From IMG/VR virus record IMGVR_UViG_3300028591_000078, positions 64,001 through 128,000 of that record: a stretch of 64,000 nt of DNA. One strand, 5' to 3'. The DNA is from a virus. Its lineage: Duplodnaviria; Caudoviricetes. Shown here piece after piece: positions 30,846-40,732 of this stretch. The notes below the pieces were generated by a model. That model did not search any database and was not told the DNA's origin. It saw nothing but the letters and a program-made list of their open reading frames with translations. Within the stretch, counting starts at the first letter, position 1; each line of letters starts with the position of its first letter. A program made the position numbers and the translations under genes.

Positions 30846-32983
30846 TAGTAATCCTCCTCATCTTCAATATGGATAAACGGATCAATGATCTTTCTATCAT
30901 CACCTTCACCTTTAACTCCTTCAACTATGTGTTCAGTATTATAGAGGAAGTCTTGAGGTTTAGTCATAAAGAACAGATCAAGGAATGAAGGTTTATTCTT
31001 TCTGAATGTAAGAGGATTATACAGAGTCTTACTAAGTCTCTGATAACTCATCGTTACAGTTACAGAAGGATTGTCTGTTAAAGCTCCATTAAGAGTCAAG
31101 ATCTGATAAGGAGCGTCAGGAACAGACCAATCTGGATTCTCTAGGATCAGCTCAGAATCTCTCAGCTGATTTGCGAGTATGATCTCACAGTGTACACCAC
31201 TAATAGTGATATCACCTTCAATGATAGCTTCAATGAATGTCTGAAGCAACTGATGTCTGTCCATAGATTTTGTGATAGCATTCTTATTGATGACATCCAT
31301 AATTCTATTCATAGCCTTAGACAGCTCATTATTATGGATGATTACAAGGAATATCGGAATGTCTACCAGATACTGTAATGGTATGATAAGTTTATTATCA
31401 TCTCCAGGTATAGCTTTACGTCTGATTACCTCATTAAGCTCATTAGTTATATAGAGCTTATCAAGTTCCTCAGTACCAATACTTACCTGTTTACCATTAG
31501 GATCTTCTATAATGAAGTCTGTTATATACTCATTATAGTGCTCTGAGTCTTCAGAGCTATAAGAATCGTCATCATAATCACTCTTCTGGAAATCATCTTC
31601 ATTCTCCATACATATAGAGTCTGCATTAATGATCATATTAAATCCCTTAGTAGGAATTCCAGATACAAGCTGTATGATATTACCATCTACCTCGAAGTAA
31701 GTAGAGAATTCTACAACCCATTTCATCTTCTTGATAATTGTCTCAAGCAGATGCTTTGCAGACAGAAGTCTCTGAGTAAGCTGAGAAGTCAGAATCTCCG
31801 CAGCCATCTTACCTACAAGTATATCATGGTTTATATATGCAAGATCTCCATAGCACTTATAGCATACTCCATGTCCTCTAGCTCTAGAAAGACAGGTCAT
31901 AGGAGACCTAAGATATATAGTTTTACCTATAAGATGTGTATCATTTTCAGATATTACAAACTCTTCACCATCAGGTCTGAATCTATAATATCTATCTACA
32001 TACATCTTAAGGAATTTTTCATTAGTAATAGTGATAACCTGATAGTTAGGACTATGACAATCATAAGTCGGATCAGGATTTATAAAAGTATCGGTATTAT
32101 TTAGTCCAAGTATTCTAGCAAATGCACCAGAGTCACCGACATTTACTTTCGAATACAACTGAGCTGTTCTACCTGTACTAGAATCTATAAATATAGACAG
32201 AGGATCATTTACACCACCAGTGATAAAACTTCTATTGATGATGGTTGGGAATACACCGCCCTGTCCGTTAGGCTTAGATCCTATATTAATGGAGAACTCT
32301 TTATACTGTCTAGGGTTAATACCTTCGCCAGCTCTCCAAGAATCTGCCAAACAATGATCATGACCAAGATACTTCTTAGCATCTTTCATCATATCTATTG
32401 CTTTATAGGTTATATCCATACCTACATTCTTTACATCTTCAATCGGAACTCCAGAGAGATCTGCATGAATTGTGTCATAGAATGCAGGGTTAGCTTTCAT
32501 AAGATCGATACTATCTTCAAGATTGATAGTATTAGCAAAATACATAGAGAACTCATCGACTACACTCAGCTTAGTAAGAGCATCATCGATGATATTATTC
32601 ATCTCTATATTAGACTTCTCTTTACGATATACTCTGATAAAGAAGTCATCTATATATTTCTTAATAGTCTTTCCTGTGATATTCTCTGGGAAGTATATAT
32701 GTTTCGGTTCTATATTGCCACCAGCAAATATGATCAAATACCACATGATTAGATTGAAGAACAGATCGACCATATACAACTGACAAGATTTGCCATTGCT
32801 GAAGTTTATGGTTACATATCCATTCTGCATTGTCTCTGTTTCAATACCATCTTTGAACATGTTAAGCAGACCATCATAATATGAGTTCCATGACGAAACC
32901 GTGATATCTTCTATTGAGATATCACAAACTCCAGTCTTTGCAAACTCTGCAAATGGTCCATAGTTTTCATAGTGTTCTAACAT
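30845..32983 (-). CDS. Multisubunit phage RNA polymerase beta' C-terminal subunit (probably non-virion RNAP)
   Basis: Bridge helix GRTAQ..SK..VGDSGAFAR, zinc site RSPMTC...VCYKCYG, trigger loop TQRLLSAKH. Early promoter at 33056-33070(-). Confidence 0.9.
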   Translation of the reverse strand: MLEHYENYGPFAEFAKTGVCDISIEDITVSSWNSYYDGLLNMFKDGIETETMQNGYVTINFSNGKSCQLYMVDLFFNLIMWYLIIFAGGNIEPKHIYFPENITGKTIKKYIDDFFIRVYRKEKSNIEMNNIIDDALTKLSVVDEFSMYFANTINLEDSIDLMKANPAFYDTIHADLSGVPIEDVKNVGMDITYKAIDMMKDAKKYLGHDHCLADSWRAGEGINPRQYKEFSINIGSKPNGQGGVFPTIINRSFITGGVNDPLSIFIDSSTGRTAQLYSKVNVGDSGAFARILGLNNTDTFINPDPTYDCHSPNYQVITITNEKFLKMYVDRYYRFRPDGEEFVISENDTHLIGKTIYLRSPMTCLSRARGHGVCYKCYGDLAYINHDILVGKMAAEILTSQLTQRLLSAKHLLETIIKKMKWVVEFSTYFEVDGNIIQLVSGIPTKGFNMIINADSICMENEDDFQKSDYDDDSYSSEDSEHYNEYITDFIIEDPNGKQVSIGTEELDKLYITNELNEVIRRKAIPGDDNKLIIPLQYLVDIPIFLVIIHNNELSKAMNRIMDVINKNAITKSMDRHQLLQTFIEAIIEGDITISGVHCEIILANQLRDSELILENPDWSVPDAPYQILTLNGALTDNPSVTVTMSYQRLSKTLYNPLTFRKNKPSFLDLFFMTKPQDFLYNTEHIVEGVKGEGDDRKIIDPFIHIEDEEDY

Positions 32984-33116
32984 TTATGCAACTCCCTTTC
33001 AAAGATATTATATTTAATAGTTTTAGGGTTTGTAGAACTTAAACCCATTCAACTTCATACATATAATATATATCCAAAACACAAAATAAGGACCAGGGAT
33101 ATCCCTGGTCTTATAT

Positions 33117-33518
33117 TTATTCTTTCACTTTAGCATACTCATCTGTAGTAATATACTCATCATTCATAAGTTTGAAAGCTTCTACAAACCACAATGTATG
33201 ATCTAACGGATAATTATGATTTACTACATTAGTCAGAGTAGCAGCCTGATTAGCTATATTTTTATTGGTAAAGAAGAGCCTATTACCAACAAGGTTAATA
33301 CAAACCCCAGTATCATAGAGATCTACACCTGTACTACCCTGAGTTATAATAACCTGATAGTCATCTTTCATAATCTTCATATCATCATCACTAGGATGCT
33401 GTGTTATAGTCATATTCCCAGTAGTAAGTATAACCTCAGTAGGTTCAAAATCAAACTCTAAACCTGTAACAGATCCGCTAAGTATATTAGCATGCCTATA
33501 TTCGAGTATCTTTGCCAT
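33117..33518 (-). CDS. Hypothetical protein
   Basis: AGGAGG RBS, AACT-N6-TA upstream, terminator downstream. Confidence 0.65.
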   Translation of the reverse strand: MAKILEYRHANILSGSVTGLEFDFEPTEVILTTGNMTITQHPSDDDMKIMKDDYQVIITQGSTGVDLYDTGVCINLVGNRLFFTNKNIANQAATLTNVVNHNYPLDHTLWFVEAFKLMNDEYITTDEYAKVKE

Positions 33519-33651
33519 AGTAGCACCCTCCTTTAAAATATTATATATTAGTTTCTAAATATATATTATTTGATTGAGACAAGAAAAGCCCGAGCTTTTA
33601 CAGCTCGGACTAATCTCAGTATAATTGGACAGGAGTTGAAACGTAGCAGAA

Positions 33652-34092
33652 TTACGGACGATGAGAAATATCGTTCTTAGTAAGGAACTTCGAGTTTGCA
33701 CCCTTAAGGTAAGCCTTCTGGCCCATACGTGCAACACGCTGACCCTTAGAACCATACTTCTTACGAATAGCAGCAAGAAGCTGTCTTTCCTTAATACGGT
33801 TCTTAACAAGCTTATCCCACAGCGGATCCTTTCTTTCCTTAGCAAGCTGCATAGCAGCCATTGTAGTACGACGAGTAATATCGTCATTCTTAGAAAGACG
33901 AACCAGTGTCTTTCTACCTATAAGCTTTTTAGCTTCAAGAATAGAGCAGTCCTCAGATTCAAGGAATGCCTTCTTATCTGCATCAGAGAGCTTAGAGAGA
34001 TCATCATATATAAATGCCTCACCGAGAGCATCCATATCCTGGATCTCAAAATCCTGAGCAGACTCATTGTAATTGGATGAGAAAATACCCAT
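33652..34092 (-). CDS. Small head protein with acidic N-terminus and basic C-terminus
   Basis: Late promoter, biased codons, FLE/ILE possible protease sites before a K/R-rich half. Confidence 0.6.
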   Translation of the reverse strand: MGIFSSNYNESAQDFEIQDMDALGEAFIYDDLSKLSDADKKAFLESEDCSILEAKKLIGRKTLVRLSKNDDITRRTTMAAMQLAKERKDPLWDKLVKNRIKERQLLAAIRKKYGSKGQRVARMGQKAYLKGANSKFLTKNDISHRP

Positions 34093-34232
34093 GATATGTG
34101 AATCCTCCTTAATTGGTATTGAATTTATTCAATTATATGAATGTTCTATACTATTGGAGTATATTAATTTATATGTTCTGAGAAACCTTATAATAATCCA
34201 CCAGGATAAATCATAAATAAACGAGAAATGGA

Positions 34233-36356
34233 GTGTATAAGATGGCTACTAAAGGATTATCAGATATGATGGTAATTCAAAAATTTAAAGATGAAATTCG
34301 ACCTGTACTAAGGTTGACATTTCCACATTTATCAGATTATGAGATAGATATGGCTGTGGACTATTCTTGTATTAAGAGAATGAAGAATGGCCAAGCATAT
34401 ATAGACAATAATTATACCAATGTAAAGGTTGATACTACAGTTCTACAGCTTACTGAGTATATTCTGAGTAGAGAACCTATCATAACTACTCAAGGTGTAC
34501 TATTTAAGAAGCATGGAACTGTACCTAATCCATTATATAGTCTTATACAGGAATTCATAGATAAACGAATTGCTTATAAGAAAGAGATGTTTAAGTATCC
34601 TAAAGGTAGTGAGATGTTTGCAAAGTATAACCTGCTACAGCTCTTAGCAAAGCTGGATGCAAATGCTACCTATGGAGCCATGGGTATGTATAGTTGCGTA
34701 CTGTATAATATCTATGTAGCATCAGCTATAACTGCACAAGGCAGATCTGGAATTTCTGCAGCAATATTGCTGATGGAAGGATTCCTAAGTAATAATGTAA
34801 AATTCGGTTCTTTGAATGAGATAGTAGTATTCATCAAGAATATAATCACCGAGCCTAGAAGATACAAAGACTCAGATATACTTGATGATGATATTACTAG
34901 AGAAGAATGTTTTTATAAGATCATGACTACATGTGGATTTGACTATATTCCTACAGAGAAAGATATGCAGATAGTATGGGATATGCTAGGTCAAGTTACA
35001 CAAGAAGATCTGAATAGATTATTCTATAAGAATAATCTGTATAACTTCATGGACAATAGTAGTATGCGTAAAGCAGTAATCTATATCCTTCAGAAGTTGG
35101 ATAGGCCTTTCATGGATCCTAATAAACCTCCGAAGTGTATATCTGTAGAACTTGAAGAGTTCTATCAGATACTATTTGAGTATGTATATTATGGATATCA
35201 GTATATAGATAGACTCGATCGTACAGAGAATATGATAAGAAATGTATCTATTATAACAGATACAGATTCTACTATCATATCTCTTGATGCATGGTATAGA
35301 TATACTTTAGCATTCACATATGATGTGCCGATGGAGATTAAGAAGATAGTAATTAATCCATTCATTCATATTGATGTAGATGAGTGGGGAGATCCTAAGA
35401 AACCTTATCAGCCATTCGAGCATATTGAACCTGAATACGATTATGACTTTTATACAGATGAAGTAATAGAACGAGAGAAGTTCATCAATCCTATGAAGAT
35501 ATGTCCTCAGGAAGGATTGAAGTATTCTATCATAAATATCATGTCTCATATAATAGGAAAGCTTTGTGTAGATTATATGAGAAGATATGCAATCAATTCT
35601 CATTCTGTAGATAAGAATAGACCTGATTGCCTATTGATATTGAAGAATGAATTCTACTTCGAACGAGTTCTGAATACAGATAATAAGAAGAATTATGCTG
35701 ATATACAGAGACTTCAGGAAGGTAATATAGTACCAGATGAGAATGCTCTTGATGTTAAGGGTCTTCCGATGACTAAATCTACTCTTCCTAAGAAGACTGT
35801 AAAAGCTCTGAAGAGAGTACTTAGAGAAAAGATACTTGCTCCAGAGGTTATAGATCAGATAGATGTATTGAAAGCTATCAAGATAGTAGAGAAGGATATC
35901 TATGAATCTCTGCTTAATGGTAGTAAGGAATACTACATGCCAGTTAAGATTAAGTCTACAGCAGGTTATGAGAATCCTATGAGAATATATGGATATAAAG
36001 CAGCATATGCTTATAACGCTCTTAGACTTGATGGTATGGAGGCAATAGATCTTGATTCTAGAAACAGTGTAGATATTATGAAAGTAGATATTACTACTAA
36101 GAATATCGAGCATCTAGCTCAAGATAATCCTATACTATATGAAAAGCTTACCAAACTCTTATCAGAACCTGAGTTTGATGGTGAACTTAGCATGATAGCA
36201 ATACCACTAAATGAACCAGTACCAGAATGGGCAAAGCAATTTATAGACTTTGCTACTATCATAAATAATAATGTTTCTAACTTCCCTCTTGAAAGTATAG
36301 GGCTGTTTAGAAACAATAAGTCTAATGTTAATGAGAGTAATATTCTGAAGATATAA
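34233..36356 (+). CDS. Split family-B DNA polymerase, subunit with motifs B and C
   Basis: Motif B KLDANATYG, ITAQGR, motif C ITDTDS, KKNYA, LDVKG. Confidence 0.92.
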   Translation: MYKMATKGLSDMMVIQKFKDEIRPVLRLTFPHLSDYEIDMAVDYSCIKRMKNGQAYIDNNYTNVKVDTTVLQLTEYILSREPIITTQGVLFKKHGTVPNPLYSLIQEFIDKRIAYKKEMFKYPKGSEMFAKYNLLQLLAKLDANATYGAMGMYSCVLYNIYVASAITAQGRSGISAAILLMEGFLSNNVKFGSLNEIVVFIKNIITEPRRYKDSDILDDDITREECFYKIMTTCGFDYIPTEKDMQIVWDMLGQVTQEDLNRLFYKNNLYNFMDNSSMRKAVIYILQKLDRPFMDPNKPPKCISVELEEFYQILFEYVYYGYQYIDRLDRTENMIRNVSIITDTDSTIISLDAWYRYTLAFTYDVPMEIKKIVINPFIHIDVDEWGDPKKPYQPFEHIEPEYDYDFYTDEVIEREKFINPMKICPQEGLKYSIINIMSHIIGKLCVDYMRRYAINSHSVDKNRPDCLLILKNEFYFERVLNTDNKKNYADIQRLQEGNIVPDENALDVKGLPMTKSTLPKKTVKALKRVLREKILAPEVIDQIDVLKAIKIVEKDIYESLLNGSKEYYMPVKIKSTAGYENPMRIYGYKAAYAYNALRLDGMEAIDLDSRNSVDIMKVDITTKNIEHLAQDNPILYEKLTKLLSEPEFDGELSMIAIPLNEPVPEWAKQFIDFATIINNNVSNFPLESIGLFRNNKSNVNESNILKI

Positions 36357-36369
36357 GAGGTATCATAAT

Positions 36370-37353
36370 ATGAACACAATTCTTACGCACACTGGAAAGA
36401 TCTATGTAGATGAAGAAAGGCAGCTTGAATTCCTTACCGTAGGAGACTACGGTAAGGAGAATAATATAAAAGCTAACTTCTTAGGACTGTATAATGAGAT
36501 AAATGGCGTAACTCATCATGATGTAGACTTATCTGAAAAATGGGTTGCAACAATTAGTACTCAGAAAGGTTGTCCAATGAATTGCAAATTCTGTGATTGC
36601 CCTAAGTATGGTTTTCATGGTAATGCAAGTTTTGATGATCTTTGTTATGAGATTGAGACTATACTGAAGAATGAAACTGTAAAGCATACTAAACGCTTTA
36701 ACGTTCATTTTGCTCGTATGGGAGAACCGACGTTTAATGAAAATATAAATAAGTTTGCAAGAGAAAAACTAAGAAGTCTTGTACAAGAGTACATTACTGC
36801 TGATACTATACATCCAGTGGTATCTACAATGCTTCCAAATAATAATCCTAATATTCTACCTTTCATATTTGATTGGGTAGATACTAAGAATTTCTATTAT
36901 AATGGAGAAGCTGGGTTACAATTCAGTATTAATTCTACAGATGAAAATCAGAGAGATCAGCAATTTTCAGGAAAGAGTTTAAGCCTCGATCAGATTTCTA
37001 AAATTGCAGATATGATACTCTATCCTGTAGGACGTAAATATACATTAAACTTTGCTGTTACTGCAGATACTATATTAGATCCTATATGGCTTACAAACCA
37101 TTTTGACCAAGAAAAATTCATTGTAAAGATAACACCGATTCATAAGACTCATTCAGCAGTGAAGAATAACTTCAATGTTACAACAGAGTATACAGATTTT
37201 GATGTATATCGTAAGTTTGAACAACCTTTGGTAAAACTTGGTTGGGATGTAATTGTATTTGTACCAAGTGAGGAAGAAGATAGTGATAGAATCACTTGTG
37301 GAAATGCATTAATAGTTAATAAGGAGGATACTAATAATGAAAACCAAGTCTAA
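36370..37353 (+). CDS. Radical SAM protein, RlmN/Cfr-like
   Basis: STQKGCPMNCKFC (CxxxCxxC), MGEP, LQFSINS and C-terminal TCG. Confidence 0.85.
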   Translation: MNTILTHTGKIYVDEERQLEFLTVGDYGKENNIKANFLGLYNEINGVTHHDVDLSEKWVATISTQKGCPMNCKFCDCPKYGFHGNASFDDLCYEIETILKNETVKHTKRFNVHFARMGEPTFNENINKFAREKLRSLVQEYITADTIHPVVSTMLPNNNPNILPFIFDWVDTKNFYYNGEAGLQFSINSTDENQRDQQFSGKSLSLDQISKIADMILYPVGRKYTLNFAVTADTILDPIWLTNHFDQEKFIVKITPIHKTHSAVKNNFNVTTEYTDFDVYRKFEQPLVKLGWDVIVFVPSEEEDSDRITCGNALIVNKEDTNNENQV

Positions 37354-37678
37354 ATCCATAGCAAGAGCTGTTGTAACATCTGTTATATATCGTAATCTTG
37401 GCAAGTTACAAAAATATAAAAATAATACTTTAGATTATTATGCAGATACTAGGGATGTATCTAAAGTTATAGACTGTATGGTAGATACTATATCTGAAAT
37501 ACTATATGACAGTTTTAGATTTCGTACAGATAGCATTCCTATAATGCAATTAAATAAGACTATTGATGAAATGATAGAATGCATGATGCTTTGGCTAGAT
37601 AATGAAGAAGTTGCAACTGCCATAATACGTGAGATGATTAATAAGTACTTTGAAAATGATGATGTAAGTGATAAATAA
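37337..37678 (+). CDS. Hypothetical protein (paralogue of 3297-3602)
   Basis: AAGGAGG RBS. Confidence 0.65.
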   Translation: MKTKSKSIARAVVTSVIYRNLGKLQKYKNNTLDYYADTRDVSKVIDCMVDTISEILYDSFRFRTDSIPIMQLNKTIDEMIECMMLWLDNEEVATAIIREMINKYFENDDVSDK

Positions 37679-37705
37679 GACAAAAGATCAGAGTAGTGCA
37701 TTGCA

Positions 37706-38074
37706 CTACTCTGTTTCTTTTTTGTTTCTTTTGAATATCTTCTTATACCATGGAATAGAAGCCTGATCCTCAGGCCATTTACCTATAGCTTTTAAATGTT
37801 TTACTTCAGCTTTAACTCTATCTACGCGCTCTTCTTCAGTCTCTTGTGTATAAGTTATATAAGCCACTCCTGTATAAGTAAACTGTCTTACTCCAGTTAT
37901 TGTAGAAACTGTCTTAGAGACAGAAGTCATCTTAATATCTACACCAGTAATAGTGTGTACAGGAGGGTGTAAATTATCGTTTATATACTGATTTACGGTA
38001 CTCAGTATGGAAGAATGGGCTCTATCTTCTATAACAGAAGGTTCGCCCTTAAGGGATATGATATTGAACGTCAT
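37706..38074 (-). CDS. Hypothetical protein
   Basis: AAGGA RBS, 122 aa. Confidence 0.6.
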   Translation of the reverse strand: MTFNIISLKGEPSVIEDRAHSSILSTVNQYINDNLHPPVHTITGVDIKMTSVSKTVSTITGVRQFTYTGVAYITYTQETEEERVDRVKAEVKHLKAIGKWPEDQASIPWYKKIFKRNKKETE

Positions 38075-38098
38075 ACAATCTCATTCCTTTCTTAGAGA

Positions 38099-38353
38099 TT
38101 AGACCTCTTCAATCTGTACTCCTTCGATCTGTGCTCTAACTTCAAGATTATACAGATACGAGCCCATAGCAGCTGCCTGCTTTTTTAAGATATCTATAGG
38201 AGTATTAGGCGTAAATTCAAGAGTTCCAGCTTCATATTTTACGATCATTTTGTGAAGCTTATCATATCTGATCTTAGTCTGATAGTATTCAGCCTTAAAA
38301 CGATCCTTATAATCATCTGAGAGCATAAGCTCTACTGTATCTTTTAACTGCAT
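38099..38353 (-). CDS. Small conserved phage protein (crAss001_48-like)
   Basis: Start moved to MQLKD after AAGGAGG. The DYKDRFKAEYYQ...Q...M..YL..LEVRA pattern is common in Firmicutes phages. Confidence 0.7.
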   Translation of the reverse strand: MQLKDTVELMLSDDYKDRFKAEYYQTKIRYDKLHKMIVKYEAGTLEFTPNTPIDILKKQAAAMGSYLYNLEVRAQIEGVQIEEV

Positions 38354-38480
38354 ATTAGTTTCCTCCTTATAAATGCAATATATACTATATAGTTTCCGGT
38401 ATAGTATTTTTATAAAAACCCATACTAAGCCAATATCTGAACATAAGAGTAAATCTATCACTCTGAAAGGAGGAAGAATA

Positions 38481-40601
38481 ATGGTTGTAGAACAGAATAC
38501 TAGACAGCAAGTCATGTATTATGAAATGTCTACAAATAACAAATCGTTCTTAGACTGCTACTACTATCTAAAGTCTAAGGGAATCAAGAACTGTAAATTC
38601 CATTTGATTATATTAGATAAGGATCTTATAGGAGTAGATCCTCATGATCCTAGACTTAATGTAAGAATGAAGCAGAAGATTCTGGTTGAATGTCAGAGAA
38701 ACTACTTCTATTTCATTCGAAACGTTGTTAGGATACCATCTCAAGGTGGTCCGCCTGATAAATATAGAATGAACAGAGGCATGCTTGCCATGAACTTCTG
38801 TTTATGCTTAAATCTTGATATATACTTAGAGCTTCCTCGTCAGCAAGGTAAGACTATAGGATCAGTTGTATGGTATCTATGGTTGTATAACTTTGGTTCA
38901 CGAGACTCAATGATGATATTCCTAAACAAGAAGATGGAAACTGCTAAGGAAAACTTGCAGCGTCTTAAATCTATACGTGAACTCTTACCTTCTTATCTAC
39001 AAATGATTCAGCCATTTGACTCTTCTGGCAAGAAGATTAGGATTACAGATAACGTAGAATCTATGAAGCATCCTATAAACAACAATGTTATTAAGGTTCT
39101 GCCGTCTGCTCGTAACAAAGTAAATGCATCTAACCTCTTACGAGGTAAAACTATACCATTACTCTGGGGTGATGAGTGGGCATTCGTTCCATTCAATGAC
39201 ATTATCTGGATTAATGGTGCTCCTGCGATGCGTACAGCTAAGGATAATGCTAAGAGACATGGTGCTCCATATGGTGCATTACTCTCTTCTACTCCTGGAT
39301 ATCTTACTCAGCCTGAAGGTCAGGAGGCTTACGATATTATTAAGTCTTCTACTCCGTTTAATGAGGCTTGGTATGACTTTACTCCTCAGCAGCTTGAGTC
39401 TTTGCTTTCTGCAAATGTAAACTCCAGCTTCGTATATATCAGATACACATATCAGCAGCTTGGTCTTCCTGAGTCTTGGTTCAAAGATCAGTGTATTGAT
39501 ATGCGTATGAAGTGGGCTGATATTAGACGTGAAATTCTTCTTGAATGGTCTAGCGATGTCGAGAACTCACCTTTTACAAAAGAGCAGCTTGATATTGTAC
39601 AGCAGCTCGTTAAACAGCCTATTAAGCAGGTATATCTCCTTGGAAAGTATCTGTTTAATGTGTATGAAGAGATAGACTTCAGAAATCCTCCTATAATAGG
39701 GGTCGATGTATCTGGAGGTTATAATAGAGACTCTTCAGCAATTACTTGTATAGACTCTCTGACTACTAAAGTTATGGCAGACTTTAACTGCAACTATATA
39801 TCTATAGTAGATCTTACAAGAGTTATATATGAGCTCGTTACTAAGTATATGCCAAATGCTGTAGTTAATATAGAGCGTAATGGTGGTTTCGGAGCCTCTG
39901 TATTAGCTAAGCTTATTCACTCTTCAATTAAGAAGAATCTCTATTATGAGATTAAAGATAAGGTAGTTGAAGAGAGAACAGATGGTGTACGTATTATCAG
40001 AAAGACTCAGAAGACTAAAGTCTATGGTACTGATAATACAAAGCATGTAAGAGAAGATCTCATGGAGATCTTAAGAGAGAGAATGGAGTACCATAAGGAT
40101 AAGTTTGTATCTCCTATAATCTTCAGAGAGCTTACTACACTTGAAGTTAAACGTAATGGTAGAATAGAGCATTCTTCTACAGAGCATGATGATGCTGTAT
40201 TCTCTATGCTTATGGCTCTTTATGTATGGTATTATGGTCAGAATCTTAGAGAGAACTGGAATCTCATCAAGAAAGGCCTTACTACTGATGAAGCTCTTGA
40301 AGAGCCTGTATTTGGCTTAGAAGAAAAGTATGCTGATATAGTAGAAGAATTCGAAGCTATAGATAATCCTATGGTTAAAGAGCAGATAGATGCTCTTAAT
40401 AAAGCCAAAGGTAAGCTATATCATGAATTTGTCAAGGAGCAGATAGCTCTTGATAATGAAGCTATGCAAAATATACTTGCTACAAAGCTTGGTAGGCAGG
40501 CCTATGCACAGCAATTCCATGTTCCTGCAGAGAATTTGGAGAATATGCAGTATACTATTCCTAATAGTGTATTTGCTAACTTCTATAGTGATAATGATTA
40601 A
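38481..40601 (+). CDS. terL: Terminase large subunit
   Basis: Walker A PRQQGKT, Walker B LWGDEWAF, motif III SSTPG, nuclease IGVDVSGG and HDDAVFS. Confidence 0.95.
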   Translation: MVVEQNTRQQVMYYEMSTNNKSFLDCYYYLKSKGIKNCKFHLIILDKDLIGVDPHDPRLNVRMKQKILVECQRNYFYFIRNVVRIPSQGGPPDKYRMNRGMLAMNFCLCLNLDIYLELPRQQGKTIGSVVWYLWLYNFGSRDSMMIFLNKKMETAKENLQRLKSIRELLPSYLQMIQPFDSSGKKIRITDNVESMKHPINNNVIKVLPSARNKVNASNLLRGKTIPLLWGDEWAFVPFNDIIWINGAPAMRTAKDNAKRHGAPYGALLSSTPGYLTQPEGQEAYDIIKSSTPFNEAWYDFTPQQLESLLSANVNSSFVYIRYTYQQLGLPESWFKDQCIDMRMKWADIRREILLEWSSDVENSPFTKEQLDIVQQLVKQPIKQVYLLGKYLFNVYEEIDFRNPPIIGVDVSGGYNRDSSAITCIDSLTTKVMADFNCNYISIVDLTRVIYELVTKYMPNAVVNIERNGGFGASVLAKLIHSSIKKNLYYEIKDKVVEERTDGVRIIRKTQKTKVYGTDNTKHVREDLMEILRERMEYHKDKFVSPIIFRELTTLEVKRNGRIEHSSTEHDDAVFSMLMALYVWYYGQNLRENWNLIKKGLTTDEALEEPVFGLEEKYADIVEEFEAIDNPMVKEQIDALNKAKGKLYHEFVKEQIALDNEAMQNILATKLGRQAYAQQFHVPAENLENMQYTIPNSVFANFYSDND

Positions 40602-40732
40602 TGAAGTAGGGCTTCGGCCCTACTTCTTATTTTCGTAAAAGTCAATATTTTCAAGTGCATATTATTCCTGTGAGTTGAGGAACAATTCGGTTCCCAACCT
40701 AAAATATCAATCACTTTAAGGAGGGCCTTACT

